DNA of 64,000 nucleotides. Source: Escherichia phage a20. Numbering within the stretch: position 1 is the stretch's first letter; each line of letters starts with the position of its first letter. This document shows, piece after piece, positions 9,629-19,584 of the stretch. The DNA is taken from sequence record OQ067374.1; one strand, 5' to 3'. Made by a program: the position numbers and the translations under genes. The notes below the pieces were generated by a model. It saw only the letters and a program-made list of their open reading frames with translations. It had not been told where the DNA came from and ran no database searches.

Positions 9629-9801
9629 TATCCACATAGTACACCGTACAGAGGCTCATTTGAACTTTTAAATCGAATGGGCTTGTACGTAATAGTTCCT
9701 TCGGCTTTAGCTTTATCATAAGACTCTTTAAAACGTCTCGTTCTTTCTGCTTTGCCTTTACGGATTTTATCGAAATTTTCAGAAGTCGGGATGTTCGTCA
9801 T
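9628..9801 (-). CDS. Hypothetical small basic protein (57 aa)
   Basis: ORF MTNIPTSENFDKIRKGKAERTRRFKESYDKAK... with SD GAGAGGTG; below ORF-track size cutoff. Confidence 0.45.
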   Translation of the reverse strand: MTNIPTSENFDKIRKGKAERTRRFKESYDKAKAEGTITYKPIRFKSSNEPLYGVLCG

Positions 9802-9840
9802 GCATAAGCACCTCTCAGAAAATGCCTAAATCAATTTCTC

Positions 9841-10062
9841 TCATCGTTTCCACCATTTCTTAACTTGAAATGAATCGACCCACACGAGTTGTTTTGGGTC
9901 TGCCTTTACAATAGGCGGACAAATTTCTGTAATAGAACCGTCGTGATATTCCTTTTCAGAAATTTTAACACAAAGAGGACCTCCCAATTTAAGGGTGAAC
10001 CCTGCGTTCAGCTTCAGACGTTTAAACTTTGTTTGAACTAGCGCCATTAATGATGTCCTCAA
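9841..10062 (-). CDS. Hypothetical protein
   Basis: 73-aa ORF; start uncertain, overlaps upstream ORF. Confidence 0.4.
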   Translation of the reverse strand: MRTSLMALVQTKFKRLKLNAGFTLKLGGPLCVKISEKEYHDGSITEICPPIVKADPKQLVWVDSFQVKKWWKR

Positions 10063-10345
10063 TAGCCTGACGAGTAGTAACCCACTGGATTTTAATTAAC
10101 TTGTCATTATATGGTTGTCGTAGAATATCCCGAGATTTCTTAATAGCATATTCGTAAGCTTCGAAGTTGTTTTGAATTGCTGCTTCTTGAGCATGAGCAT
10201 AAAGACGGTTTAGTTCAAAACGATTCTTTTTAAGAATCTTTTCGGATTTTTTACGTGCTTCAGCTTCATTTTTCTTTTGGATTTCTTGTAGCATTTTAGC
10301 TACTGCATCTTCTGCTTCTTTATTTTCAATAATCTCGGTAGTCAT
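10022..10345 (-). CDS. Hypothetical helical protein
   Basis: 107-aa ORF MTTEIIENKEAEDAVAKMLQEIQKK... Confidence 0.55.
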   Translation of the reverse strand: MTTEIIENKEAEDAVAKMLQEIQKKNEAEARKKSEKILKKNRFELNRLYAHAQEAAIQNNFEAYEYAIKKSRDILRQPYNDKLIKIQWVTTRQAIEDIINGASSNKV

Positions 10346-10346
10346 A

Positions 10347-10562
10347 TTATCTCATTAAATTAAAATAAAAACGTCCATCCTCTTCAATACAGAACTCATA
10401 CTCAACCGGAGTCCCATTTATCGAAAATGACACGTCATGTGGGTTCAAAGGGTCGATGTCAAAATTAATTTTAAATTCACGACCCAACAGTTTTACCAAA
10501 TAAGGGATTGCTTCGTCAAAAGGTTCTTCTAAGTAGTTAGAGATGTCAATTGTCATCCTCAT
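10347..10562 (-). CDS. Hypothetical protein
   Basis: ORF track start 10640 overlaps gene 55 by 95 nt; internal ATG 10562 ([13 protein letters not shown]) preferred. Confidence 0.5.
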   Translation of the reverse strand: MRMTIDISNYLEEPFDEAIPYLVKLLGREFKINFDIDPLNPHDVSFSINGTPVEYEFCIEEDGRFYFNLMR

Positions 10563-11103
10563 ATAAAAAATCCAAACTAGGCGAATCGCTAACAACTTCC
10601 TTCTTTTCAGCCCCAGGAGCTTTATAAGCGGATTCTTCATAATGCGTCATTTTATCGTAGATGTCTTGAATAAACGTTTCATCTACCAACGCTACCATAT
10701 CATCGTCATGACTGTCGTAGACATTATGAACGAAGTAACTATATTTCTTTGCAACTTCCTTACGTTCTTTTTTGATACGTTGGACAAAAGCATTAAAACA
10801 AGCTCGAGTTATGTATGCATGTGGGTTATTGTACTTAGTTTCGTCGAAATTATGAAGTCCCTTAATAGAGGCTTCAATCCCATCTGCAATCATCTCCTGC
10901 TTCCAAGACTGGGTATATCCTGAAAAGTTGAAACGTTTGGACAGGCCTTCGGCGATAAGCATAATTGCTAAACCGATGGTATCATTCTGACGAATAATTT
11001 TGTTTGGGTCTTTATTATTTAAGAGCTCCTTTTTCCACTCGATTATAGCGGCGAGAAGCTCTTTATTATTCACATAGTTATTTTTAGGTTTTTGTTCAGT
11101 CAT
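10546..11103 (-). CDS. 55: Late sigma factor gp55
   Basis: 185 aa, [20 protein letters not shown]...[48 protein letters not shown] matches T4 gp55. Confidence 0.92.
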   Translation of the reverse strand: MTEQKPKNNYVNNKELLAAIIEWKKELLNNKDPNKIIRQNDTIGLAIMLIAEGLSKRFNFSGYTQSWKQEMIADGIEASIKGLHNFDETKYNNPHAYITRACFNAFVQRIKKERKEVAKKYSYFVHNVYDSHDDDMVALVDETFIQDIYDKMTHYEESAYKAPGAEKKEVVSDSPSLDFLYEDDN

Positions 11104-11175
11104 AAGTACCTCTTAGCTCAATTCATAGGTCTATTATATCATAATATTTAGAGACCTATCTTAAAGCACGAGATA

Positions 11176-11445
11176 CTATCGGAGCAAACAATAAGCCTGA
11201 AACACTTTTTCCATTAAACGTTTGAACTCATGGATATCGATATAAAGCTCAGTAAGACCGGCATTATAAAGAAAATCTAAAAAGTTCTCATGTGTTTCGT
11301 TATAGTCGCCTTCGTTTAATTGAGATACATGAGTTTCCCAAAAACCAACACCTTTAACGAATGGAAAATACGTGACTTTCATGTATTCGTCAACATAAAA
11401 TTCGCCCAGCTTTTCTTCAGTTATACTGATTCGAGTTAATTTCAT
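11176..11445 (-). CDS. Hypothetical protein
   Basis: 89-aa ORF, 4-nt overlap coupling with the next ORF. Confidence 0.6.
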   Translation of the reverse strand: MKLTRISITEEKLGEFYVDEYMKVTYFPFVKGVGFWETHVSQLNEGDYNETHENFLDFLYNAGLTELYIDIHEFKRLMEKVFQAYCLLR

Positions 11446-11669
11446 TCTAGTTCCTTTGCTGCTTCAAGAGCAGCATCCAGCGAATCAAATTGGTCAACGA
11501 AATCAATATTCAACGCATCGTCAACCGTAGCATATAACCACCATTGTTTGAATTCATATTCTAGGATAAATCCAGGCCCTTCAATCTGAGGAAGACCTAG
11601 GCTATTTGTACCAACTTCGTAACCAGCTAGACGCAGGTCATTAATCAAAGTTTCTGTTAATACGCTCAT
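11442..11669 (-). CDS. Hypothetical acidic protein
   Basis: 75-aa ORF. Confidence 0.6.
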   Translation of the reverse strand: MSVLTETLINDLRLAGYEVGTNSLGLPQIEGPGFILEYEFKQWWLYATVDDALNIDFVDQFDSLDAALEAAKELE

Positions 11670-11998
11670 TTTACCGCCTTAACAATTTTCAGGTCAACGA
11701 ATTTTTTCTTACGTTGATTTTTCATACGACGGATAGTCTTTTCAGAGATTTCATGTTTCTGATAAGCTTTAGATTCAACACCAAATGCAGTAACGTCAAA
11801 TTCAGAAAGAATATATTGTACTAGAATTTCACGAATAGAATTACGTCCAATTTTCTGGTCGTGTTTTTGCATGATTTCATAAAGACGGAATTCCCACGCG
11901 TCAAGAACTTGAGGAGTAACAATATTGCCGGATTCCAGAAGAGCAACAACTTTATCGAAAGCGAAAGAATTAACTACGTTTTTGATTTTAGTAGACAT
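11666..11998 (-). CDS. Hypothetical protein
   Basis: Start moved to ATG 11998 (MSTKIKN) with SD GAGGAAAA; longer ORF-track start lies inside promoter hairpin. Confidence 0.55.
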   Translation of the reverse strand: MSTKIKNVVNSFAFDKVVALLESGNIVTPQVLDAWEFRLYEIMQKHDQKIGRNSIREILVQYILSEFDVTAFGVESKAYQKHEISEKTIRRMKNQRKKKFVDLKIVKAVK

Positions 11999-12064
11999 AT
12001 TATTTTCCTCGGTTATTTTATTATCCAACGAGAGAATTATACTCATCTCTCAAGAGTTTGTATA

Positions 12065-12304
12065 CTATTTTTTAAGCATGAAAAGTAAGTAATTTGTATC
12101 ACGTGGAGTAATATCAACACCCATATCAAAGATGCCTTTATAGATTGGGTATTTGTTTTCGGTTGTATCGAAGCTGAAACTATTTCCATCACAACTAACA
12201 GTAATAGCATCTGTTAAAATGTCATACTCAATCCTAACAATTGAATCCCCAATTTTAACGTCGAGGTGTTTTTTGAATTTGATAAAATCTAATTCTTGGG
12301 CCAT
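12065..12304 (-). CDS. Hypothetical protein
   Basis: 79-aa ORF. Confidence 0.6.
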   Translation of the reverse strand: MAQELDFIKFKKHLDVKIGDSIVRIEYDILTDAITVSCDGNSFSFDTTENKYPIYKGIFDMGVDITPRDTNYLLFMLKK

Positions 12305-12367
12305 GATATTTTCCTCATTTTAAGACGATAGGAAGATAATAACATGACTTCCTATCGTTGTACATTA

Positions 12368-12568
12368 TTAACCGAACTTTTTAGCGCCTTTCCAGCCTTC
12401 GTACATAACTGCACAAGTCAGTAGTACAGCGTGCTGGCATTCTTTGTATTTGTAAATCCAGAACCAGCGTAAGAAGTCTTCATCCTCAACGCCGTTGAGT
12501 TTCATATTGGCAAAGAATTCGGCACGTTCTTCACGAAGTTTTTGAGATAACATAGATTCAGGATTCAT
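12368..12568 (-). CDS. Hypothetical protein
   Basis: 66-aa ORF. Confidence 0.55.
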   Translation of the reverse strand: MNPESMLSQKLREERAEFFANMKLNGVEDEDFLRWFWIYKYKECQHAVLLTCAVMYEGWKGAKKFG

Positions 12569-12792
12569 TTTATATTCCAGACCCCATTTTCATCGATGAA
12601 CTTAATCCAGTCATTTACAGACCATTTAGTTGTATCACCCTTTGGATTAACATTTAAAGTGTAGAACCCTTGCTTAAAAAGCCAGCGTTTGATATTCATA
12701 ATTTCCTCAACTGTAACGATAACATTCGTTAGCTTTACGTTTGGCTTCAGTATGAGAAGTATTATAATCATAATCTTCTTTACTGTAAACAT
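12565..12792 (-). CDS. Hypothetical protein (start probably internal, MNIKRW)
   Basis: 75-aa ORF; overlaps next ORF if full length. Confidence 0.4.
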   Translation of the reverse strand: MFTVKKIMIIILLILKPNVKLTNVIVTVEEIMNIKRWLFKQGFYTLNVNPKGDTTKWSVNDWIKFIDENGVWNIK

Positions 12793-13000
12793 CTTTTTTC
12801 AACTTACGAACTTCTTTGCGGAGTTGTCGATTCATTTCATTCTTGACTTCAGAATCAACGCCTTTCATACGTTTCCATTTATCTGAGCGGAAAATGTTTT
12901 CAACCATGTCTTTGTGGCTAACACCGTCAGGAGCTTTACGCTTACCAAAATAGTCGTAATCGCGAACTTTCAAATCTTTACGACGATATGTTTTACCCAT
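12707..13000 (-). CDS. Hypothetical basic protein
   Basis: Start at ATG 13000 (MGKTYRRKD) with SD GAGGTACTT. Confidence 0.55.
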   Translation of the reverse strand: MGKTYRRKDLKVRDYDYFGKRKAPDGVSHKDMVENIFRSDKWKRMKGVDSEVKNEMNRQLRKEVRKLKKDVYSKEDYDYNTSHTEAKRKANECYRYS

Positions 13001-13007
13001 AAGTACC

Positions 13008-13256
13008 TCAGAGGTTGATTGATACAATGCGTTTGATAAAATTCACTTCACTTACTGAAAGGTCTTTAAGGCCAATTGCTTCTAAACGCTGAGTAAGCGT
13101 CAACATCGGGATATAATCCCATTGAGTTTTATTTGCTTGATAAGTACGAACGCCATTAGCAATTTCAACATGCAAATCGGAAATGGTAACGAATACCGGT
13201 CGCTCGTCATTAACTTTAAGGGTTAGAACAACTTTCTTTGAATCTAAACTAATCAT
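13008..13256 (-). CDS. Hypothetical protein
   Basis: 82-aa ORF. Confidence 0.55.
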   Translation of the reverse strand: MISLDSKKVVLTLKVNDERPVFVTISDLHVEIANGVRTYQANKTQWDYIPMLTLTQRLEAIGLKDLSVSEVNFIKRIVSINL

Positions 13257-13555
13257 GGCTTAATTTCCTTCGCAATTGAACAGAAGATACCACGGTCACA
13301 AAGCATTTCGCCAATTTCTGGATATTTGATTGAACGGTACCAAACATCCAGGCTTGAAACTCTGGTTATCTGTACTGCATTACCGTTGACGGAATAGTAC
13401 TGGTCAACCTTAATTTCTTTATCTTCAATTGTCATTTTATTTTCCTCTATAGTAGATGGTTTAATCTTAACACGTCTATTGAGGATGTAAACTGTTTTAT
13501 GAAAATATTTTCGATTTGAGAGGGGCACAAGGAGATAGTGAAGTGAAGATTCCAA
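13253..13555 (-). CDS. Hypothetical protein (true start may be internal, MTIEDKEIK)
   Basis: 100-aa ORF. Confidence 0.45.
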   Translation of the reverse strand: MESSLHYLLVPLSNRKYFHKTVYILNRRVKIKPSTIEENKMTIEDKEIKVDQYYSVNGNAVQITRVSSLDVWYRSIKYPEIGEMLCDRGIFCSIAKEIKP

Positions 13556-13600
13556 TGGATTATATTAGAAATGAGATAAAGAAGACCAGGCGGCACCTGG

Positions 13601-13909
13601 TCAATCTTCTATGATATCAGAGTCATATCCTAATGAAATCAAGGACTTTTTAAACTCTGCAATATTCTTTTGTTTCTTATCATTTAAAAATATGACAGGA
13701 TAACGAATATTAAGTGAAGTGAATCCTGCACGTTTAGCAAGAGATACGATTAAAGGACGGTCATATTCAATCTTACCATTATTAGTGAGGACTTTATAAA
13801 ATGTATAAGGAGCATTGAGCTCCTTTAAAAGTTTTGTAACAGTATAACATCCTGGACAACGTCCTACTTCTTCAGGGATGCCATAAATTTCAATCTTGTT
13901 GTGTTCCAC
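13601..13909 (-). CDS. nrdH: Glutaredoxin-like NrdH
   Basis: 102 aa, CPGC redox motif, YGIPEEVGRCPGCYTVTKLL, T4 nrdH-like, next to nrdG/nrdD. Confidence 0.8.
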   Translation of the reverse strand: MEHNKIEIYGIPEEVGRCPGCYTVTKLLKELNAPYTFYKVLTNNGKIEYDRPLIVSLAKRAGFTSLNIRYPVIFLNDKKQKNIAEFKKSLISLGYDSDIIED

Positions 13910-13911
13910 AA

Positions 13912-14124
13912 TTATTCCTTGCCAAGAACAGAATTCAGTTTATTAGTAATTTTGTCCAAACGTTCATTGAATTCGCTGGAGGATAAACCCTTTTCCGGAG
14001 AAATTAAACTAATCACGAAAAATACAACAGTAAAAGGAATAAGAAAAATAGCTCCAACTGCCATAAACAAAAAGAATGTTACAGTTGTAAGAAAATCAGC
14101 TAAACCTTTACGAAATTTATACAT
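13912..14124 (-). CDS. Hypothetical membrane protein
   Basis: 70 aa with hydrophobic segment FLFMAVGAIFLIPFTVVFFVISLI. Confidence 0.55.
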   Translation of the reverse strand: MYKFRKGLADFLTTVTFFLFMAVGAIFLIPFTVVFFVISLISPEKGLSSSEFNERLDKITNKLNSVLGKE

Positions 14125-14234
14125 ATTTACCCTTAATTAACTAAGCATTGATAAGCACTAAACTATATTGGGAATAAAATTCTGGACCAAAATGAAAAAT
14201 CATATCATTTATAGTATCCATAATATAATTCAAT

Positions 14235-14705
14235 TTAATCATGTTTCCACACCCCATCGGTATTTGTCCAAAGTCGCTGATTATCTGATCCTCGCCACAG
14301 CTTTTTAGTCGGAAGATTTTTCTCATACTTCCCATCAATAATAACATCAACATATTTAAGCATTTCTAGCTGTTTAATATCTTCAAACTTATATCCTGTC
14401 CACAACCAAATGCTTTTATTTGGATAAAGATTTTTTACTGTTTGAGCAATGCAATGAATAACATCTCGATTGTCAGGATAGAGAGGGTCTCCTCCAGTTA
14501 TAGTCAATCCTTCTATATAATCATTATTCAAACATTCAATTAATTGTTCTAGTGTTTCACCGGTGAATGGAATACCATTTCTAGCATTCCATGTTGATTT
14601 ATTATAACACCCTTCGCATTTATGCAAACAACCTGTAACGAAAAGAACGACCCTGCAACCAGGGCCATTCACAAAATCGCAAGGATAAAATCTATCATAA
14701 TTCAT
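14235..14705 (-). CDS. nrdG: Anaerobic ribonucleotide reductase activating protein NrdG (radical SAM)
   Basis: 156 aa, CLHKCEGC cluster motif, T4 NrdG-like. Confidence 0.9.
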   Translation of the reverse strand: MNYDRFYPCDFVNGPGCRVVLFVTGCLHKCEGCYNKSTWNARNGIPFTGETLEQLIECLNNDYIEGLTITGGDPLYPDNRDVIHCIAQTVKNLYPNKSIWLWTGYKFEDIKQLEMLKYVDVIIDGKYEKNLPTKKLWRGSDNQRLWTNTDGVWKHD

Positions 14706-16519
14706 TGGTGTTTAACCCTATGCATGATTTCTTTATTTTTGCCTAGATTAAATCCGCGTTCGTTCGGATTTCCAAGATAACCGCATGTTCTTCTTATGGT
14801 GTTCATCTTTTTAGGATCAGTTTCTCCACAAACTGAACAAACAAATCCGTTTTCAGTAGGAGTCATTTCATGGGTACTTCCGCATGTAAAACATTTATCT
14901 ACTGGCATATTAACACCAAAATAATCTAAATGTTGTGCAGCATAATCCCATACAGCCTCAAGTCCTTTTAAGTTATTTTTCATATCAGGAAGTTCAACAT
15001 AAGAAATATGACCGCCGGTCGCTATGAAATGATATGGCGCTTCACGAGAAATCTTTTCAAACGGAGTAATATTTTCTTCTACTGAAACATGGAAACTATT
15101 AGTGTACCAGCCTTTATCAGTGACATCCTTTACACTTCCATATTTTTCTGTGTCGAGTTTACAGAAACGATAACACAAGTTTTCGGCAGGAGTAGAATAT
15201 AAACTAAAAGCAAAACCGGTTCTTTCGGTCCACTGCTTAAGACGAGCATTCATTTTAGTTAAAATTTCCTGTCCAATATCACGACCGACAAGAATATTCA
15301 ATTCGTGAATACCAATGTATCCTAGGGACACTGAACTTCTACCGTTTTTAAATAACTCAATTATATCGTCATCAGGTTTAAGACGAACCCCGAATGCACC
15401 TTCTTGGTAAAGAATAGGAGCAACAGTCGCTTTAACTCCTTTTAAGGAACTAATTCTACACATCAAGGCTTCAAAACACAGGTCCATTCGTTCGTTAAAT
15501 AGCTCAACAAATTTCTGTTCATTGAACTGTGTTCCAATATAAGAATCTAATGCTATACGAGGAAGATTCAGTGTTACAACGCCAAGATTATTACGACCGT
15601 CAAGAATTTCATTTCCAGTTGAATCTTTCCATACACTCAAGAAACTACGGCAGCCCATTGGAGAAACAGGAACAGATGAACCGGTAATAGCTTTATTATT
15701 CTTAACCGAAATAACGTCAGGATACATTCTTTTGCTTGCACATTCTAACGCAAGTTGTTTAATATCATAGTTTGGATCGTCTTTATAAAGATTAACACCT
15801 TCTTCAATGAACATAACAAGCTTAGGGAAAATAGGAGTTATCCCATCACGACCAAGACCTTTAATACGATTTTTCAGAATTGCTTTCTGAATCATTCGTT
15901 CAGTCCAGTCAGTTCCCGTACCAAATGTAATTGTTACAAAAGGCGTTTGTCCGTTTGAACTAAAGAGAGTGTTTACTTCATATTCATAAGCTTGGAATGC
16001 GTCATAGACATCTTTTTCTGTTTTGGATTGAGCATAATTCAACGCATCAGCGATTTGCCATTTTTCTGCATCTTCAATATGTTTTGCATAGGTGCGTTTA
16101 ACATAAGGAGAAAGTACTTTATCTACATTAGCAAAAGTCGTTCCGCCGTATTGGTGAGAAGCAACCTGTGCAGTAATTTGTGCCATAATTGCAGTAGCAA
16201 CGCCAATTGATTTAGGAGTTTCAATCTGCGCATTACCTAGCTTAAATCCGTTTTCAAGCATTCCTTTTAAATCTACTAAACAACAATTAGTAAATGGAAG
16301 AGCAGGGGAATAATCAATATCATGGAAATGGATAATTCCGCTTTCATGTGCTTTCATAATAAAAGACGGGACCATATTTTTGGCAATGTGTTTAGACACA
16401 ATACCAGCCATAAGGTCCCGTTGAGTTGGAAAAACACGAGAATCTTTATTAGCATTCTCGTTTAAAAGGTCTTTATTAGTTTTATGAATCAATCCTTCAA
16501 TTTCTTTTTCAATTGTCAT
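14702..16519 (-). CDS. nrdD: Anaerobic ribonucleoside-triphosphate reductase NrdD
   Basis: 605 aa, C-terminal glycyl radical motif RRTCGYLG, zinc ribbon CFTCGS...CSVCG; uninterrupted ORF. Confidence 0.95.
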   Translation of the reverse strand: MTIEKEIEGLIHKTNKDLLNENANKDSRVFPTQRDLMAGIVSKHIAKNMVPSFIMKAHESGIIHFHDIDYSPALPFTNCCLVDLKGMLENGFKLGNAQIETPKSIGVATAIMAQITAQVASHQYGGTTFANVDKVLSPYVKRTYAKHIEDAEKWQIADALNYAQSKTEKDVYDAFQAYEYEVNTLFSSNGQTPFVTITFGTGTDWTERMIQKAILKNRIKGLGRDGITPIFPKLVMFIEEGVNLYKDDPNYDIKQLALECASKRMYPDVISVKNNKAITGSSVPVSPMGCRSFLSVWKDSTGNEILDGRNNLGVVTLNLPRIALDSYIGTQFNEQKFVELFNERMDLCFEALMCRISSLKGVKATVAPILYQEGAFGVRLKPDDDIIELFKNGRSSVSLGYIGIHELNILVGRDIGQEILTKMNARLKQWTERTGFAFSLYSTPAENLCYRFCKLDTEKYGSVKDVTDKGWYTNSFHVSVEENITPFEKISREAPYHFIATGGHISYVELPDMKNNLKGLEAVWDYAAQHLDYFGVNMPVDKCFTCGSTHEMTPTENGFVCSVCGETDPKKMNTIRRTCGYLGNPNERGFNLGKNKEIMHRVKHQ

Positions 16520-16989
16520 TTTAAACTCTTTCTAAGTTGCTTCTTAAATGAAGCTATTAACTGTGTTTTGGTGTCAGATTCATTATATTCAAATCCTCTT
16601 TGAAGCATCTCAGCCATCATTTCCTCTTTACCTAGTCTTGAGAACTCTTTAGTTTTGTCTGGAACAAAATTAGGATGGATATTATTATAAGAATAATCTT
16701 GTTTCAAATAAGCAAGAAGAGCTTCAAGCCATTCGAGGTAGTCAACATCACGTCCTTTAAGACCGGAACGGTTGAACTTATGCTTCATTTGACCTTCTGC
16801 TGCGTTGCACAGATTACAGAGTAATCCACGAACTCTACCGGCTTTTGGCCCGTTTAATTCGTGGTCGTGGTCAAGATGGTTACCTTGAACATCAGGGTCT
16901 AATTCACGGTGGCAAATAGGACACTTACCATTCTGTGCATCATAAAATTTTTGTTTTTCTTCTTTATATTTTGCGCCTGATAATAACAT
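16516..16989 (-). CDS. 49: Endonuclease VII (Holliday junction resolvase) gp49
   Basis: 157 aa, KYKEEKQKFYDAQNGKCPICHREL...HLDHDHELNGPKAG...LLCNLCNAAEGQ matches T4 endo VII. Confidence 0.92.
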   Translation of the reverse strand: MLLSGAKYKEEKQKFYDAQNGKCPICHRELDPDVQGNHLDHDHELNGPKAGRVRGLLCNLCNAAEGQMKHKFNRSGLKGRDVDYLEWLEALLAYLKQDYSYNNIHPNFVPDKTKEFSRLGKEEMMAEMLQRGFEYNESDTKTQLIASFKKQLRKSLK

Positions 16990-17028
16990 GATAAACCCTT
17001 ACCTTAAATAGATAAGGGTATTTATAAT

Positions 17029-17199
17029 TTAGTAAACGTTATAAAAGTTACGATGAGAACGTTTAGCTTTGCGAAGCTGACGTTTAGTAGGACGAACTGT
17101 AAATGGTTGTCCGGAGAAAAAATTCGGATCGGTTTTAATAAGCAAATACCAATCATGCTTGCCATTTTTTAATAAACGGTACAATAATTTAACTTGCAT
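17029..17199 (-). CDS. Hypothetical small basic protein (56 aa)
   Basis: ORF MQVKLLYRLLKNGKHDWYLL...; below ORF-track cutoff. Confidence 0.4.
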   Translation of the reverse strand: MQVKLLYRLLKNGKHDWYLLIKTDPNFFSGQPFTVRPTKRQLRKAKRSHRNFYNVY

Positions 17200-17327
17200 A
17201 ATAATCTCTTCCCATTTCCATATTAATTAATTCATTTATTGAAGGTTCATCATAACACGTTTCTTCGTCGTTGTAAACTGTTTCGACGTCTGGCTCGACT
17301 GTCTCCCATCGAGCCGAATACCACGGT

Positions 17328-17663
17328 TTAACCGCGGAGCTTATCGAGCTCTTCATAATCAATCCAGGATTCTAGTCCGGACGGCAAATCAGATTCAACA
17401 TTCCACAGAAGCTCTTCGATGGCTTGTAGGCGATTATATTCTTCAACAGTAATAGTAACCATTGTTTCAGGCTTTTTAACCATCATGTCATTCATCAGAA
17501 TGTACAGGTCTTCACAAACAGCTGGGTCGTCCCATGTCCATATTTCAGCATCTCGAACCAATGAAGCCGGAATCAAATTTAAAACTTCAAGCTTAGTAGG
17601 AGCGTCAGGGCCGAGAAGAGTTGCTACAAATTTATATGCTTTGGCGAAATCAATATTGTTCAT
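17328..17663 (-). CDS. Hypothetical acidic protein
   Basis: 111-aa ORF coupled to nrdC by 4-nt overlap. Confidence 0.6.
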   Translation of the reverse strand: MNNIDFAKAYKFVATLLGPDAPTKLEVLNLIPASLVRDAEIWTWDDPAVCEDLYILMNDMMVKKPETMVTITVEEYNRLQAIEELLWNVESDLPSGLESWIDYEELDKLRG

Positions 17664-17923
17664 TTAAAATATTCTCGCAGTTGGTCAAATCCACCAATGT
17701 GACTTCCGTCAGGAGCAAACACTTGAGGCATAGTCAATCCGACTTGTGATTCACGACCAAGCTTAACCAGAAGCTCAGCAATTTTCTCATCATCGAACAC
17801 ACCTTTTTCTGGCATAACATTAATGAATTCGAATGGCTGTTTCTTAACAGTCAGCAATCTTTTCGCATTATCACAGAAAACACAACGGTGAATAGTAGAG
17901 TCATACCCGTACACTTTAAACAT
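17660..17923 (-). CDS. nrdC: Thioredoxin/glutaredoxin NrdC
   Basis: MFKVYGYDSTIHRCVFCDNAKRLL...GGFDQLREYFK matches T4 NrdC; start at internal ATG 17923. Confidence 0.9.
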   Translation of the reverse strand: MFKVYGYDSTIHRCVFCDNAKRLLTVKKQPFEFINVMPEKGVFDDEKIAELLVKLGRESQVGLTMPQVFAPDGSHIGGFDQLREYFK

Positions 17924-18329
17924 TATTTTTCCTTTCATCGATTAAATATGCAACACCAAATACAATACATGTAATAAAACCTGTGATACCGATAGAGAAC
18001 ATCAACACTGTACCAAAGAACCAAATCAGGTTATCTTTAGTAGTTTGTTTGATATCCATCTCACGAATTTCTATAGCTATCGTATCACCTTTATTCAGAA
18101 GCGTATAAAACGACGGTGATACACGCCTGTCAAAAACTCGTCCTTGCTCATCTTTATAGACGGCAATAAATTCTAATTTAGAATATTTTCCTGTAGATTG
18201 ACCTGAAATTAATTCCACTACCTCCACAGGAATTACTTTAGTTTCCATGTAAGTATTCTGGCTGTTCCAAATGAATGGAATGATGGCAAAAACTAAAGCT
18301 GCAATAAAACAACGAAGGCTATATCTCAT
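17916..18329 (-). CDS. Hypothetical membrane protein
   Basis: 137 aa with N- and C-terminal hydrophobic helices. Confidence 0.6.
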   Translation of the reverse strand: MRYSLRCFIAALVFAIIPFIWNSQNTYMETKVIPVEVVELISGQSTGKYSKLEFIAVYKDEQGRVFDRRVSPSFYTLLNKGDTIAIEIREMDIKQTTKDNLIWFFGTVLMFSIGITGFITCIVFGVAYLIDERKNNV

Positions 18330-18634
18330 TATAATGTTCTCTCAAATTTGTGGAAGCATTTACGGCATTTCAATTTCAAGTTATCAGTGGTCCAGTTAAC
18401 CAGTTGGACTTGGATAGTTCCACATTCTGGGCATGGATGTTTTGCTGCCGATTTGGCAGCATTTTCACGTCGTTCAACCATTTTCATGATTTCGTTCCAT
18501 GCCGGAGGAACGAACTCTTCTTCACCGTGGATTTTATCTCGCTGAACAAATTCAATCTTTGAACTATCATCAATAAACTTAACCAAGTCATGATTAGTGC
18601 TCATATCAATATCCTCTAAAAGACGTAGTTTCAT
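18329..18634 (-). CDS. Hypothetical zinc-ribbon protein
   Basis: 101 aa, CPECG...CRKC motif. Confidence 0.6.
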   Translation of the reverse strand: MKLRLLEDIDMSTNHDLVKFIDDSSKIEFVQRDKIHGEEEFVPPAWNEIMKMVERRENAAKSAAKHPCPECGTIQVQLVNWTTDNLKLKCRKCFHKFERTL

Positions 18635-19584
18635 TATAAAACCTCAATGGCATTTCGTAAACCATCCGCTTTCGCATTCAGAGCTTTTAACGATTTAGTT
18701 TGTTCTGCAATCTGGGCTTCGACTTCTTTCAGACGAGATTTGAGATATTCGCGTTCTTCTCTTAAGTTATCAACTTTTTCTGCTTTAGGCTCTTTAATAG
18801 GCTTAGGTTTATACGTATTAGGGTTCTTCAGTTTAATTTGAATTCGAGAACTGAATAACATTGAACCGTTATCTTCGGTTTCACTGTGTATTTCTACCAC
18901 GTCCATGATTCTTAACATCATGCGAAGTTTATAAGACAGCGAACGAACGGTTTTATTGTGCTTCTTAATTTCTTCAGCTTTCATGGTGCCGAGATTACGT
19001 GAGTAGTAATAAGGAACCTGAATATCAATTGATAATGATGCGGTACCATTACCGGTTGGTTTGAACACTGCAGTAACCCAATCTTTAGCATGAACTGTAT
19101 TTGTACGATCATCGCCGCCTGTGAATAATTTACGAGAATGTTTAAAAAGCATATTCACTTGGTTATTGAATTCACAAGCAAATTTATCAGCAAATTTAGT
19201 TTCAGGAATGGTAGTTAACCAATCAGCCAAATGAGTCTTTTTAACATCATTAACAATAGTGAATTCAACCAAATCGGTTTTAGATGTCACAGATTTAATA
19301 AAGCTCGGCTTCATAAAGTTTTTAATGTTATCGCGAGCTACAGTAGAAGATAATAAACGAGAACGTTTGAACCATTGAAGCAACGTCCCTAACGAATGAG
19401 AATACGCATTTTGAGTATCTTTACAGATATGATTTTCTTGGCCTATGTATGTACCAAAATCGCGAAGAATACCACTTACTACATCTCGGTGTGGAACATC
19501 AAATCCTAGTGCACCAGAAGCACGTTGGGCATGAACGTTAGCGATAAGACCTGCAAAGTATTCAATGTAATGTGAACGTGTCAT
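18634..19584 (-). CDS. Hypothetical protein, paralog family member A with C-terminal coiled coil
   Basis: 316 aa; shares motifs such as RDNIKNF with the next two genes; heptad-like C-terminus. Confidence 0.7.
   Translation of the reverse strand: MTRSHYIEYFAGLIANVHAQRASGALGFDVPHRDVVSGILRDFGTYIGQENHICKDTQNAYSHSLGTLLQWFKRSRLLSSTVARDNIKNFMKPSFIKSVTSKTDLVEFTIVNDVKKTHLADWLTTIPETKFADKFACEFNNQVNMLFKHSRKLFTGGDDRTNTVHAKDWVTAVFKPTGNGTASLSIDIQVPYYYSRNLGTMKAEEIKKHNKTVRSLSYKLRMMLRIMDVVEIHSETEDNGSMLFSSRIQIKLKNPNTYKPKPIKEPKAEKVDNLREEREYLKSRLKEVEAQIAEQTKSLKALNAKADGLRNAIEVL

Noticed and set aside
14141-14353. 70-aa ORF overlapping the nrdG start
   Set aside because: Mostly out-of-frame overlap with the well-supported nrdG; only its last 33 codons lie in the intergenic gap, so insufficient support.
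14702-16519. Group I intron or homing endonuclease (I-TevIII/mobC-like) within or beside nrdD
   Set aside because: nrdD is one continuous 605-aa ORF with the glycyl radical motif intact and no interruption; nrdG abuts it directly.
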